A model generated the notes under the pieces. The model worked only from the letters and a program-made list of their open reading frames with translations, ran no database searches and was not told where the DNA came from. From a virus (Duplodnaviria > Caudoviricetes): a stretch of 59,237 nucleotides of DNA. This document shows positions 44,650 to 53,548 of the stretch, one piece after another. Made by a program: the position numbers and the translations under genes. The DNA lies in the IMG/VR virus record IMGVR_UViG_3300036852_000085, positions 1 through 59,237 of that record; one strand, 5' to 3'. Every line of letters begins with the position of its first letter. The first letter of the stretch is position 1.

Positions 44650-44931
44650 CTACTCCCTGTCCAGCATGAGTCCGCTCAACATCGATGCTGCCGGGATGGC
44701 CAGCGCTGCGATGATCCACTTGTTGGGCCAGATGGTAGCAACCGGCATAACAGGCAACGCCACCCAGATGGAGGTGCACCAGGGACAATGAGCCAGATAG
44801 GCCATCTTCGACTTCTCGCCCCAACGGTTCACTACCCAGCGTCGGTATGCGATGGTCAGCTCATCCTCGACAAGCAGCCTCGTGATCCTGGCCGTAGCCA
44901 GGACAGCAATGATCAAGGAAAGAACCAGCAC
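44650..44931 (-). CDS. DUF1360-like membrane protein
   Basis: LATARITRLL..D and CPWC.SIW; leaderless TACAGT-N6-GTG. Confidence 0.82.
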   Translation of the reverse strand: MLVLSLIIAVLATARITRLLVEDELTIAYRRWVVNRWGEKSKMAYLAHCPWCTSIWVALPVMPVATIWPNKWIIAALAIPAASMLSGLMLDRE

Positions 44932-45181
44932 GTTAATACTGTAAGCGGATCAAGTACGCAAGCGATAGTTCTCCCTTCCCGGCCCAACCCGTGGCGAACT
45001 GGACTCCCAGGGGTGGTGGTATCAGTTCTCCTGTGTTAGCGTGGGTCACGGAGGATGCGAAGGGAGACTCAGATCGGTCATCTGACGGCAGATCTGAAGG
45101 ATCGTTCCTCTGACGGCTGCACTGCGAGGTGGATGCCGGCGGAGGGTACCCCGCATTAGCTGCCGGGGTACCCTCCAACAA

Positions 45182-45244
45182 GGATCGGTAGCTCAGTGGT
45201 AGAGCACACATGTGGTGTCATAGGTTCAATTCCTTTCCGATCCA
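45182..45244 (+). ncRNA. tRNA-like RNA lacking a normal anticodon arm
   Basis: GGATCGG/CCGATCC acceptor stem, GCTC-AGTGGTA-GAGC D arm, GGTTCAATTCC T arm; only 13 nt for the anticodon plus variable region. Confidence 0.8.
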
Positions 45245-45314
45245 CGGGACGCTGACATACCGGGCGCCTGACACTCCAGATATGGAGTCCCATGATCAGG
45301 CATGTATGTCACCT

Positions 45315-45388
<74 letters not shown>

Positions 45389-45409
45389 CTCCCTCTAGGT
45401 AGGGTCCAG

Positions 45410-45445
45410 GGAGGGGCACGCGGCAGGCAGCAGGCGTGCCCCTCC
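45410..45445. terminator. Hairpin between the tRNA and the convergent terL
   Basis: ggaggggcacg-N14-cgtgcccctcc. Confidence 0.65.
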
Positions 45446-45450
45446 TCTGA

Positions 45451-45466
45451 TGTTTCACGTGAAACA
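45451..45466. promoter_or_regulatory. parS: Perfect consensus parS site
   Basis: TGTTTCACGTGAAACA inside a 28-bp perfect palindrome (45445-45472). Confidence 0.88.
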
Positions 45467-46903
45467 TCAGAGAAGGTTTCCAAGATCGTAGAAGCCCTGG
45501 TTCATGTCCAGGCGGTACTGGGACGGGTCAGACACCCGCATCCGCTTCTTCTCTCCAGCCATGAGTTCCCGGCAGGCGTGGACCATACCGTCCATCCTGT
45601 CCGGGGACTCTCTGGTTGAGGCCGGGTCATACATGACGCACTGAGCTTCCAGCTCTTCCATAATCCCCACGAAGTGAAGTCGCCCCTGCTCCGAGCGCAT
45701 GGCCACCGGCTCGGCTCTGGTCTTCTTGCCGACCCTGGAGTCCACGCCCTTCATGGGTGGACTGGTTGAGACAGGGAACAGGCCTTCCTCGACCAGCTCG
45801 TAGTAGGCGTCGCGGAGGACTTCCTCCATCCAACGCTTCCCGAGGTTCGTCTCGTAGACCATGATGTCCGCGCCGAACTCAGCAACGGTACGCCACATAT
45901 GCAGCGCCGCTGAACGGCCGGTACCGGGCACGGAGCGGTCAGCCAGGATGTACATGTGATCATCGGCGGTCCGGCAGGCTACGACAATCCCTGTCTCGGC
46001 GCTGTCTCCGGTGAGGTTCGGGTCAACCCCGACCACGGTAGAGATGATCGCGTCAGGAGTACTCCAAACTCGATAGGTAACGATGTCCATCCGTTTAAAG
46101 AGGCCACCGCCTGACAGCTCCAGCAGTTTTCCGTACAGCTCCTGCTCTCCCAGAGCAGTACCGTCATAGCGGCGTCGCAGTTCTCGCAGTACGGGTCCTG
46201 ACAGATTTGTTGCGTTGTCAAAGGTTGATCCGGTAATGATGTGGACGGATCCGTCGTCACGGCTGAGCCACTCCTGAAGTAACTTGATCGGCTTGGGGGT
46301 GGTGGTGACGAAGGCGCGCGGATGATCGTTGATCAGGTCCGCGCGCAGAGCTGGCATGAGGCCCTGCTCCCACGTCTCCGAAGGCTTGAGCCACATGGCC
46401 ATCTCGTCGCAGAGAATGCCGGCGGCGTTGTACCCACGACCAGTGTCCGGGTCGTCCGCGCCCTCCATGTATATCTTGGCACCCTCAGGAAACAGGATCA
46501 TGGGGCGCGGAGACTGCTTGTATCTGTGATCAACCTTTCGCCTGGTCAGGACGTTCAGGATCCCCGAGGGTCCCTCACAGTTGATGACCCGGGCATCAGC
46601 CAATGTGTTGGCTACGACTAGCCATTCGGTCGGGTTGCCGTGCGAATCGAACGGGTGCCTGATGACCGAATCGACGATCCATTCCGAACCCGAACGGCTC
46701 TTGCCAGCTCCTCGGCCGGCCATGTAGAGGATGATGAAGGCCAGGAAGGCTGGACCCCAGGGTGGAATCTGCTCTGGCCGGGCGACGAACCACCATTCTC
46801 CGCGCAGCATCTCCAACAGTACGTTTTCCGGCATCTCCGCGATGAGTACTTCGCGTTCATCTGCCGGAAGTTTCGCCATACGTTGAGCGATGGAGAGGGC
46901 CAC
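45467..46903 (-). CDS. terL: Terminase large subunit
   Basis: Walker A AGRGAGKS, Walker B ILCDE, TTTP coupling motif, nuclease VVGVDP and SPDRMD. Confidence 0.95.
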   Translation of the reverse strand: MALSIAQRMAKLPADEREVLIAEMPENVLLEMLRGEWWFVARPEQIPPWGPAFLAFIILYMAGRGAGKSRSGSEWIVDSVIRHPFDSHGNPTEWLVVANTLADARVINCEGPSGILNVLTRRKVDHRYKQSPRPMILFPEGAKIYMEGADDPDTGRGYNAAGILCDEMAMWLKPSETWEQGLMPALRADLINDHPRAFVTTTPKPIKLLQEWLSRDDGSVHIITGSTFDNATNLSGPVLRELRRRYDGTALGEQELYGKLLELSGGGLFKRMDIVTYRVWSTPDAIISTVVGVDPNLTGDSAETGIVVACRTADDHMYILADRSVPGTGRSAALHMWRTVAEFGADIMVYETNLGKRWMEEVLRDAYYELVEEGLFPVSTSPPMKGVDSRVGKKTRAEPVAMRSEQGRLHFVGIMEELEAQCVMYDPASTRESPDRMDGMVHACRELMAGEKKRMRVSDPSQYRLDMNQGFYDLGNLL

Positions 46904-47088
46904 ATGATCAGAGTAGACTGATGTACGCAGCCCTAGACACGTTGCGCGTACCCTTGATCTAGGTCGTTCTCAGGAACTGACCTACCTGCATTGCGGGACA
47001 TCCTAAGAGCCATCCTTCGGGGTGGCTCTTAGTGTCGGACCCTCCTGGTACGGTCTTCATGACCCAGGGGAGGGGTACCCTTGGGGGT

Positions 47089-47478
47089 ATGTATCCACAT
47101 GCTGACCTGGGCCAGGAGGTCGTTGACGATGGGCGCCTAAAAGATCTTCGGATGACGCTCAAGTGGTCGCTCAACGCCATGGCCGAAGTTCTTCACACAT
47201 CTCCACAGACCTACTCAACCTGGGAGCGCAGACGTGACCAGATCAAGCTGTGGCCAGCTTCGGCCAACCGCGTTGGTCAGTTCTACGTCCAGGCTCGCCA
47301 GCTCATGGGCCAGCTGGCCGACGAGGGAATTGATCTAGGAGATCTGATTCCCTTCCATGTGGCAGCCAGCCAGCTGGGGCTGCCACAAGAGGTGCTCCTG
47401 GAGCGCCACCGCAACGGTGAACTGAACGCTGAGGATCTTGGCATCCTTGGCCTCTGGATTCGGAAAGAGGACCTGTGA
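47089..47478 (+). CDS. XRE-like HTH DNA-binding protein
   Basis: LKDLR....WSLNAMAEVLHTSPQTYSTWE; leaderless TACCCT-N7-ATG. Confidence 0.8.
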   Translation: MYPHADLGQEVVDDGRLKDLRMTLKWSLNAMAEVLHTSPQTYSTWERRRDQIKLWPASANRVGQFYVQARQLMGQLADEGIDLGDLIPFHVAASQLGLPQEVLLERHRNGELNAEDLGILGLWIRKEDL

Positions 47479-48311
47479 ACTGTCTCGGCTGCGGAACAGT
47501 ACTTGATCGAAGGTTGGTCGAGCTGGGAGAGAAGATCCATCCCAGCTGCATGGCCTTCCTTCCTCAGGGGATTGATCCACTCGCCGAGACACTCAAGACT
47601 GAACTCACCAAGATCATCGTGTGGGCTGACAGCAACAGTCCACGCTCCCTGCAACTGGAGCCCGGCCCCTCGGAGCTGGGCTCCCCGTGTGACCGGCAAC
47701 TGGCCTACCGGTTGATGGGCACCCCGGACGTCAATGTTCACTGGGACCGCTGGCCAGCCATCGTCGGTAGTGCCATCCACGTCCGCCTGGACGAGAACAT
47801 CCAGCGTTGGGTGGCTGAAACCGGGGACACCCGCTGGCGGCCCGAGGTCAAGGTCAGCGTGGATGAGTTCCTGCACGGACATTCTGATGTGTACCGGGAC
47901 GGCGTGGTCATTGACCACAAGACGGCCAGTGACGACATCATGCGCAAGGTCCGTGAAGACCTGGTCAAGTACAAGCCCGGGTATGTCGTCCAGGTCATGT
48001 TGTACGGCTTGGGATACCAGAACCAGGGTTTACCGGTGACCGACGTTGCGCTAGCCTTCTACCCCAGGGGTGGGAGGCTGCGTGATATGTATGTCTGGAC
48101 GGCCCCGTACGACCGCACCATCGCCGAAGCTGCCCTGACCCGCATGTACGACATCGCAGCCACGGCACTGAACTTGGACCTGCTGGACAACCCGCACCGC
48201 TTCGAACAGATCCCCGCCACGCCGACCAACGACTGCGGGTTCTGTCCCTGGTATGACCCGAACAAGCAACTCGACACGAGCGCGGACAACTTCGGTTGCC
48301 CGGGAAGGTGA
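47475..48311 (+). CDS. Cas4-like PD-(D/E)xK exonuclease
   Basis: GPSELG.PCDR, G.AIH, GHSD, VIDHKT, QVMLYG and CGFCPW. Confidence 0.88.
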   Translation: MNCLGCGTVLDRRLVELGEKIHPSCMAFLPQGIDPLAETLKTELTKIIVWADSNSPRSLQLEPGPSELGSPCDRQLAYRLMGTPDVNVHWDRWPAIVGSAIHVRLDENIQRWVAETGDTRWRPEVKVSVDEFLHGHSDVYRDGVVIDHKTASDDIMRKVREDLVKYKPGYVVQVMLYGLGYQNQGLPVTDVALAFYPRGGRLRDMYVWTAPYDRTIAEAALTRMYDIAATALNLDLLDNPHRFEQIPATPTNDCGFCPWYDPNKQLDTSADNFGCPGR

Positions 48312-48715
48312 TCATGACAGGCCAAGAGGAACAGATCTACGACGTTGAAACCCTCGAACAGTTGATGAGGACCGCCGAAGACATCGAGCGCTGCATTCTC
48401 GCTGAAGGCTGGGGTCCGGACATCTCCCTTCAACAAGCCCTAGCTCTCGCTGAGGAAGCTGGAGAATTTGTCGGCGCCTTCCGTCGATTCAAGGGACTGG
48501 CCAGACGGCCAGGCAATTTTGCCGCTATGGCCGAGGAACTTGCTGATGTCGTGATCACGGCATTCGTCACCGCAATCACCCTCGACATCAATCTTCCTAC
48601 TGAGATCAACTACAAGCTGAGCACCCTGTATCGACGGGGATGGCGCCAGAGGGAAACAACCAACGTTCTCATGTCTCCGGCAATCGAAACGAACGAAGCC
48701 CGCAACGCAGAGTAG
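48308..48715 (+). CDS. mazG: MazG-like nucleotide pyrophosphohydrolase
   Basis: LAEEAGEF...EELADV. Confidence 0.85.
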   Translation: MIMTGQEEQIYDVETLEQLMRTAEDIERCILAEGWGPDISLQQALALAEEAGEFVGAFRRFKGLARRPGNFAAMAEELADVVITAFVTAITLDINLPTEINYKLSTLYRRGWRQRETTNVLMSPAIETNEARNAE

Positions 48716-48725
48716 GAGCGCAGCT

Positions 48726-49385
48726 ATGAGTTACGACGAGAACGACGACGGCTTTATGGGAGGCGGAGGCTCTCCGAGCTTCAAGTTCGACCAGGTCGGC
48801 TACGCCATCACCGGCATCGTGCTGGGACCGCCGGTCAAGCGGGTCCAGACCGACTTCAACACCGGCGAGGTCAAGACCTACAAGGACGGGACGCCGCGCT
48901 ACCAGTACGTGGTGGAGTTGCAGACCGACCTGCGCGACGCCAACAACCCCCACGACACGGGGATACGGTCCGTGTTCCTGAAGTGGCACAGCCTCAACGC
49001 AGTCCGTCAGGCCATCACTGCCGTAGGGGCTAAGGGTCTGCGCAAGGGTGGAGTGCTGACTGTTCAGTTCACCGGCACTGAACCACCACCGGGAGGGCGC
49101 GGCAACCCGGTGAAGCTGTACGTGGCCAGCTACATCCCCCCGGACGATGACTTCATGTCAGCTCCGGCCAGCCCGGCTCCGGCCCAACATGTTCCGGTAT
49201 ACCGGCCCACCGTCGTTCCCGACCTGCCGCCAGCACCACCACCAGCTCCTCCAGCGGCAGTGGCCAGTCCGGCACAACAGGCCGATGTCATCGCCCGCCT
49301 ACGGGCTCAGGTGGCGGCTCGTCAGGCTCAACCAGCACAGGTCGGACCCGACCCCGGCTTCCAGAATGAGGAGCCACCCTTCTAA
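48726..49385 (+). CDS. Single-stranded DNA-binding protein (actinophage type)
   Basis: SFKF..VG..ITG, QTD..D..D.G.R, Pro/Ala linker and acidic EEPPF tail. Confidence 0.78.
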   Translation: MSYDENDDGFMGGGGSPSFKFDQVGYAITGIVLGPPVKRVQTDFNTGEVKTYKDGTPRYQYVVELQTDLRDANNPHDTGIRSVFLKWHSLNAVRQAITAVGAKGLRKGGVLTVQFTGTEPPPGGRGNPVKLYVASYIPPDDDFMSAPASPAPAQHVPVYRPTVVPDLPPAPPPAPPAAVASPAQQADVIARLRAQVAARQAQPAQVGPDPGFQNEEPPF

Positions 49386-49552
49386 TGGATGCAAACCACA
49401 AAGTCTTTCAGGAAACTGTGGACGGGCGAGACTACTGGGAGTGTTCCTGCGGCCATGCCGGATCAGCCCCTGAAGGACGAGGCGATCTGGCCTCAGATAA
49501 GCACATCAAGCCAGGAGAGCCCCGCACTGACATCAACAAGCGAGCTTGGTGA
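49385..49552 (+). CDS. 55-aa hypothetical protein
   Basis: Translated by hand: MDANHKVFQETVDGRDYWECSCGHAG...KH; TAATG and TGATG coupling. Confidence 0.68.
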   Translation: MDANHKVFQETVDGRDYWECSCGHAGSAPEGRGDLASDKHIKPGEPRTDINKRAW

Positions 49553-49737
49553 TGGAACTCGTCGTGGCCGCCTGGAAGCGGCACCACCTCGAACGGCTCG
49601 TCAACCTGGAACTCGGGCGGGAACTTGATCACCCGGTGACTGAAGACGAGTTCGTGAGGGTGTGCGGCCTCAACCCGGGCACCAAGATCGTCTACGTCGA
49701 GGACTGGAGGGACGCAGATCATGGCCTGTACCCCTGA
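49552..49737 (+). CDS. Hypothetical protein
   Basis: Coupled start; fills the operon gap. Confidence 0.65.
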   Translation: MELVVAAWKRHHLERLVNLELGRELDHPVTEDEFVRVCGLNPGTKIVYVEDWRDADHGLYP

Positions 49738-49960
49738 GTGTCGTCAGCCCACGCCGGCCATGGCTCACTGCACTACCTGCCACCAAACCTGGGGTGGAGT
49801 TGGGGGGTTTGACGCCCACCGCAAAAACGGACAATGCGTCGATCCGGGCACTCTGGGTTACGTGGAGACGGACCAGGTCTGGCGTACCCCGATGAGCGAG
49901 GAGGCCAGGCAGCGGCTGATCAGTATCCGGCCTGATCACTCATGGCGCGCGGAGTACTAG
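49721..49960 (+). CDS. FDxHR-family Zn-binding protein
   Basis: AHCTTCHQTW....FDAHR..GQCVDP. Confidence 0.85.
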   Translation: MACTPECRQPTPAMAHCTTCHQTWGGVGGFDAHRKNGQCVDPGTLGYVETDQVWRTPMSEEARQRLISIRPDHSWRAEY

Positions 49961-49974
49961 CTAATTGAAAATGA

Positions 49975-50015
49975 AAACCGCCCCCAGGTTGGCCAGCTCG
50001 ACCTGGGGGCGGTTT
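49975..50015 (+). terminator. Intrinsic terminator
   Basis: aaaccgcccccaggt-N11-acctgggggcggttt. Confidence 0.8.
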
Positions 50016-50206
50016 CTCGTCCGAGGAGACGATGGTGTGCCACTAGCTTAGCCACCGGCTGGGGTGGCAGTATGAGCAGACACCACGGACTTGTGATCCA
50101 CCAATAAAGGGGAGCCCCATATGGGCTGCACACCCAGGGCTCCCCACCTACCAGAAAGGTTGAACATGAATGTATCAGGCACCACCCCTAGTCGGCCAGG
50201 TGACGC

Positions 50207-52675
50207 GTGAGCCTAGTTTTGGAAGCCGCCCTGGCCTGGCACAACGCTGGCGTATCCACCGTCCCGATCCTGCCCAACGGCACCAAGCGCCCTGCCGTCC
50301 AGTGGGGCGTCTACCAGGCCAAGGCCCCCGAGCTGGGCCAGGTGGATCTGTGGTGGCGCAACGGCAGCGAGTACGGCCTGGCCCTGATCTGCGGCTCCGT
50401 TTCCGGCAACCTGGAGATGCTGGAACTGGAGGGCCGGGTCACCGACGGGGCCAGCATGACCAGGTTGATGACCGTCCTGGATGCCCAGGGTCAGCGGGAG
50501 CTATGGGATCTGCTCTCCGGCCCGGACGGGTACGCGGAATGGTCACCCTCGGGTGGTATGCACCTGCTGTACCGCATCACTGACCACCCAGTGCCCGGCA
50601 ATGCCAAGGTCGCAGCTGGGCCAGACAACGTGGTGTACGCCGAAACCCGAGGTGAGGGTGGCTACGTCATCGTGGCCCCCACCGGCGGGCTGTGTCACCC
50701 ATCAGGCCAGGCGTGGATCAGGACCCGGGGTGCTTACGGGGTACTTCCGGAGATCACCTGGTCCCAGCGGTGCGCACTACACGAAGCGATCAAGCTAGCC
50801 TTGGATGAGCGCCCCCAGTTACCGGCCCCATCGTTGAGCAAAGCCTCCCCCGTAGGACGCTCCGATGGGGCCGGCCTCTCTCCGGGTGACGATTTCGAGG
50901 CTCATTCAGACTGGGCGCAGATCCTGGAGCCCCACGGCTGGGTGCTGGAGTCCCAGCGCGGACCCGAGCGGTTCTGGACCCGGCCAGGGAAGAACCCCCG
51001 CGATGGTGCCTCGGCCACAACAGGTGGTGCGGCCGACCGCGACAGATTGTACGTTTTCAGCACATCGACGATCTTCGATGCCGAGGTTCCCTATACCAAG
51101 TTCGGGGCCTACGCCCTACTCAACTTCGGCGGAAACCACAGCGAGGCTGCCTCAGCTCTGGTGCGCTTCGGCTACGGCAGCCGGACCCTGGACCCCGGCC
51201 TGCCCTACATCGAGTCCGAGCCCGGTAATCCACAGCAGGTCGAGCCGGCTTCGGTGTATGCACCGGGCCCGGTCAAGTCGAGGCCCAGATTCCGTCTGGA
51301 CGAGGCAGGGAATGCCGAACGACTCTGGGACCGAACGGAAGGCCGGTTCCACTACGTGGCGGAGCAGAAGAGCTGGTACACCTGGTCTGGAAGTGTGTGG
51401 AAGCATGATGTTGACGGTAGCCTGACCCGCGAGGTCACGGCCATGACCGAAGCCATGTTCACCGAGGCCGAACTGCTCGACAATACCGATCTTGCCAAAT
51501 GGGCCAAAAACAGTCGATCCCTGAATCGGATCAACGCCACCAAAACGCTGATGCAGGCCCAGCTCGGCGCCACGATCAGTACCAATCAGCTGGACCAAGA
51601 CCGGCACCTGGTCAACCTGGACAATGGAATCCTGGATCTGGCCACAGGGGAGCTGGAGCCGCACGACCCGAGCAAGCTGATCACCAGGATGTTCGGCACC
51701 AGGTTCGACCCGCAGGCCGCGTGCCCGAACTTCGAGAAGTTCATGGAAGACGTCCTGCCGGATCCCCAGGTTCGGGCATATGTCCAACGGTGCCTGGGTT
51801 ACACCCTGTTGGGTGACGCCGACCAGCGATCCCTGTTCCTGGTACACGGTCCTTCAGGTACCGGCAAGAGTCAGTTCATCGAGACGATCCGCTACCTGTT
51901 CGGTGGGTACGGGACCACCGCGCCGGCCGGGACCTTCAAGCACGCCAAGGCTGACGGCCCCAACAATGATCTTCACATGCTGCGGGGCAAGCGGTTCGTG
52001 GCCACCTCGGAAACGGCCGACAACGCGGTCTTCGATGAGGACCTGATCAAGCGGATCACGGGCCGGGACGAGATGTCCTCGCGCGGACTGTATGAGCAGT
52101 TCCAGAGCTGGACCCCGGAGTGCGCGGTGTGGATCGCCACCAACCACCCACCGAAGTTCAATTCTGACGACGATGCGATCTGGCGCCGGGCCAAGCTGGT
52201 GCCGTTCACCACCCAGTTCTCTTCAGATGGCGAACATAAGGAAATTCCGGATATTGCTCGCAACGTCCTTCGCCACGAGTTGCCGGGCATCCTGAACTGG
52301 GTGCTGGCCGGACTGGCTTCCTACCGTCAGCTCGGACTTGCTGAGCCGGACAGCGTGCTGGCCACGGCCAAGGAACACCGGGCCCAGTCGGATCAGGTGG
52401 TCCGGTTCCTCGAAGATTGCATCGAGGACGGGCGCCTGGTGCTGGGTGAGGACCAGGACATCCACGCCAACGAGCTGATGTCGATGTATGACACCTGGTG
52501 TCGGGCGGCCAGTGAACGCAAGATGGGCAGCTTCCGCTTCGCCAACAGGCTGACCTCTGCTGGCCGAGGTCTGGTGACCCAGAATCACCGCTGGTACGGG
52601 GTTGGTCGGGCTACCGGAGTCTCAGTTTTAGGGACAATGGTGCCATTTCACCGCGATAAAAAAGATCTTGAGTGA
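50207..52675 (+). CDS. Bifunctional primase-polymerase / D5-like SF3 helicase
   Basis: Prim-pol motifs (SPSGGMH, ETRGEGGYV); D5_N region; Walker A GPSGTGKS; IK.ITG.D, TNH.P and AIWRR. Confidence 0.93.
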   Translation: MSLVLEAALAWHNAGVSTVPILPNGTKRPAVQWGVYQAKAPELGQVDLWWRNGSEYGLALICGSVSGNLEMLELEGRVTDGASMTRLMTVLDAQGQRELWDLLSGPDGYAEWSPSGGMHLLYRITDHPVPGNAKVAAGPDNVVYAETRGEGGYVIVAPTGGLCHPSGQAWIRTRGAYGVLPEITWSQRCALHEAIKLALDERPQLPAPSLSKASPVGRSDGAGLSPGDDFEAHSDWAQILEPHGWVLESQRGPERFWTRPGKNPRDGASATTGGAADRDRLYVFSTSTIFDAEVPYTKFGAYALLNFGGNHSEAASALVRFGYGSRTLDPGLPYIESEPGNPQQVEPASVYAPGPVKSRPRFRLDEAGNAERLWDRTEGRFHYVAEQKSWYTWSGSVWKHDVDGSLTREVTAMTEAMFTEAELLDNTDLAKWAKNSRSLNRINATKTLMQAQLGATISTNQLDQDRHLVNLDNGILDLATGELEPHDPSKLITRMFGTRFDPQAACPNFEKFMEDVLPDPQVRAYVQRCLGYTLLGDADQRSLFLVHGPSGTGKSQFIETIRYLFGGYGTTAPAGTFKHAKADGPNNDLHMLRGKRFVATSETADNAVFDEDLIKRITGRDEMSSRGLYEQFQSWTPECAVWIATNHPPKFNSDDDAIWRRAKLVPFTTQFSSDGEHKEIPDIARNVLRHELPGILNWVLAGLASYRQLGLAEPDSVLATAKEHRAQSDQVVRFLEDCIEDGRLVLGEDQDIHANELMSMYDTWCRAASERKMGSFRFANRLTSAGRGLVTQNHRWYGVGRATGVSVLGTMVPFHRDKKDLE

Positions 52676-52759
52676 TCCGTTGGTGACTAGCGTCAGTTGG
52701 AGGTACGCTGGCCACAACGGAGGCACCCAGGCCTCCCCCTAGCAAACATTGAGGTCTGC

Positions 52760-53548
52760 ATGAGCTTCATGCCGATCGACTCAATCGTGGTGGACCGGCA
52801 ACTTCGACCCAACGACAGCGTGGACACCCTCGCCAAGTCCATTTTAGACCAAGGCTTGACGTATCCGGTGTTGATCCTGGCAAACAGGTATCTGGTCGAC
52901 GGTCTACGGCGCTTGGAGGCATCCAAGCTTGCCGGATTTACCACGATCGACGTCGTGATAGCGAACACGTTCGAAGACGCCGTGGATGCTCTGGCCCTCA
53001 GTCACCGCGATACACCTCCCAAGCGCCTGGACTATCCACCCTGGCGTCTGAATGAGATCTGGCAGGCCGTCATTGGATTGCCACATCGCGGTCGTGTAGG
53101 TCAGAATTCCCCCTCCCGAGCCTTGATGAGTGCCGCGCTTCACGTCAGCTCGGACAATCTGATCCAGTCCACCGTCTATACCTACCGAACGGCTGAACAG
53201 CCTGGTCCTGAGGGCGATATCGCCCGGGAGGCAATCCGGCTGATGGAGGCCGGGATCATCAACGGGTACGGCGGTCGGATGCGGTTATACAACTACCGAG
53301 AAGCCGGAAAGCTGGCCGAGGGCGATATGCCCAAGCCGATAGGACGGCGGGTTATCACGCAAGCGGTAGCCAATCTCGGTGGCATAACAAAAGGCCTTCG
53401 GCGTGTGCCAGTCGGATTGGAGGCTGAAATTTTTAATCCGGACGAGGCACGGGCTCTGGGTTACGAACTGGAACAGGCACGAAAGATCCTGGTCGCCATG
53501 GCTGGGAGACTACGAAAGATCTACAAGTCCGAGGGGACAACACAATGA
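52760..53548 (+). CDS. ParB/Srx N-terminal domain protein
   Basis: LAKSILDQGLTYPV...LVDGLRRLEA. Confidence 0.82.
   Translation: MSFMPIDSIVVDRQLRPNDSVDTLAKSILDQGLTYPVLILANRYLVDGLRRLEASKLAGFTTIDVVIANTFEDAVDALALSHRDTPPKRLDYPPWRLNEIWQAVIGLPHRGRVGQNSPSRALMSAALHVSSDNLIQSTVYTYRTAEQPGPEGDIAREAIRLMEAGIINGYGGRMRLYNYREAGKLAEGDMPKPIGRRVITQAVANLGGITKGLRRVPVGLEAEIFNPDEARALGYELEQARKILVAMAGRLRKIYKSEGTTQ

Noticed and set aside
45052-45110. GGGAGA...CTGAAGGA resemblance to a glycine riboswitch
   Set aside because: Lacks the CUCUCAGG and downstream aptamer elements, and has no downstream regulated gene
47475-48311. Cas4-like gene as evidence of CRISPR-Cas
   Set aside because: Stand-alone phage exonuclease in a replication operon; no cas1/cas2 or array
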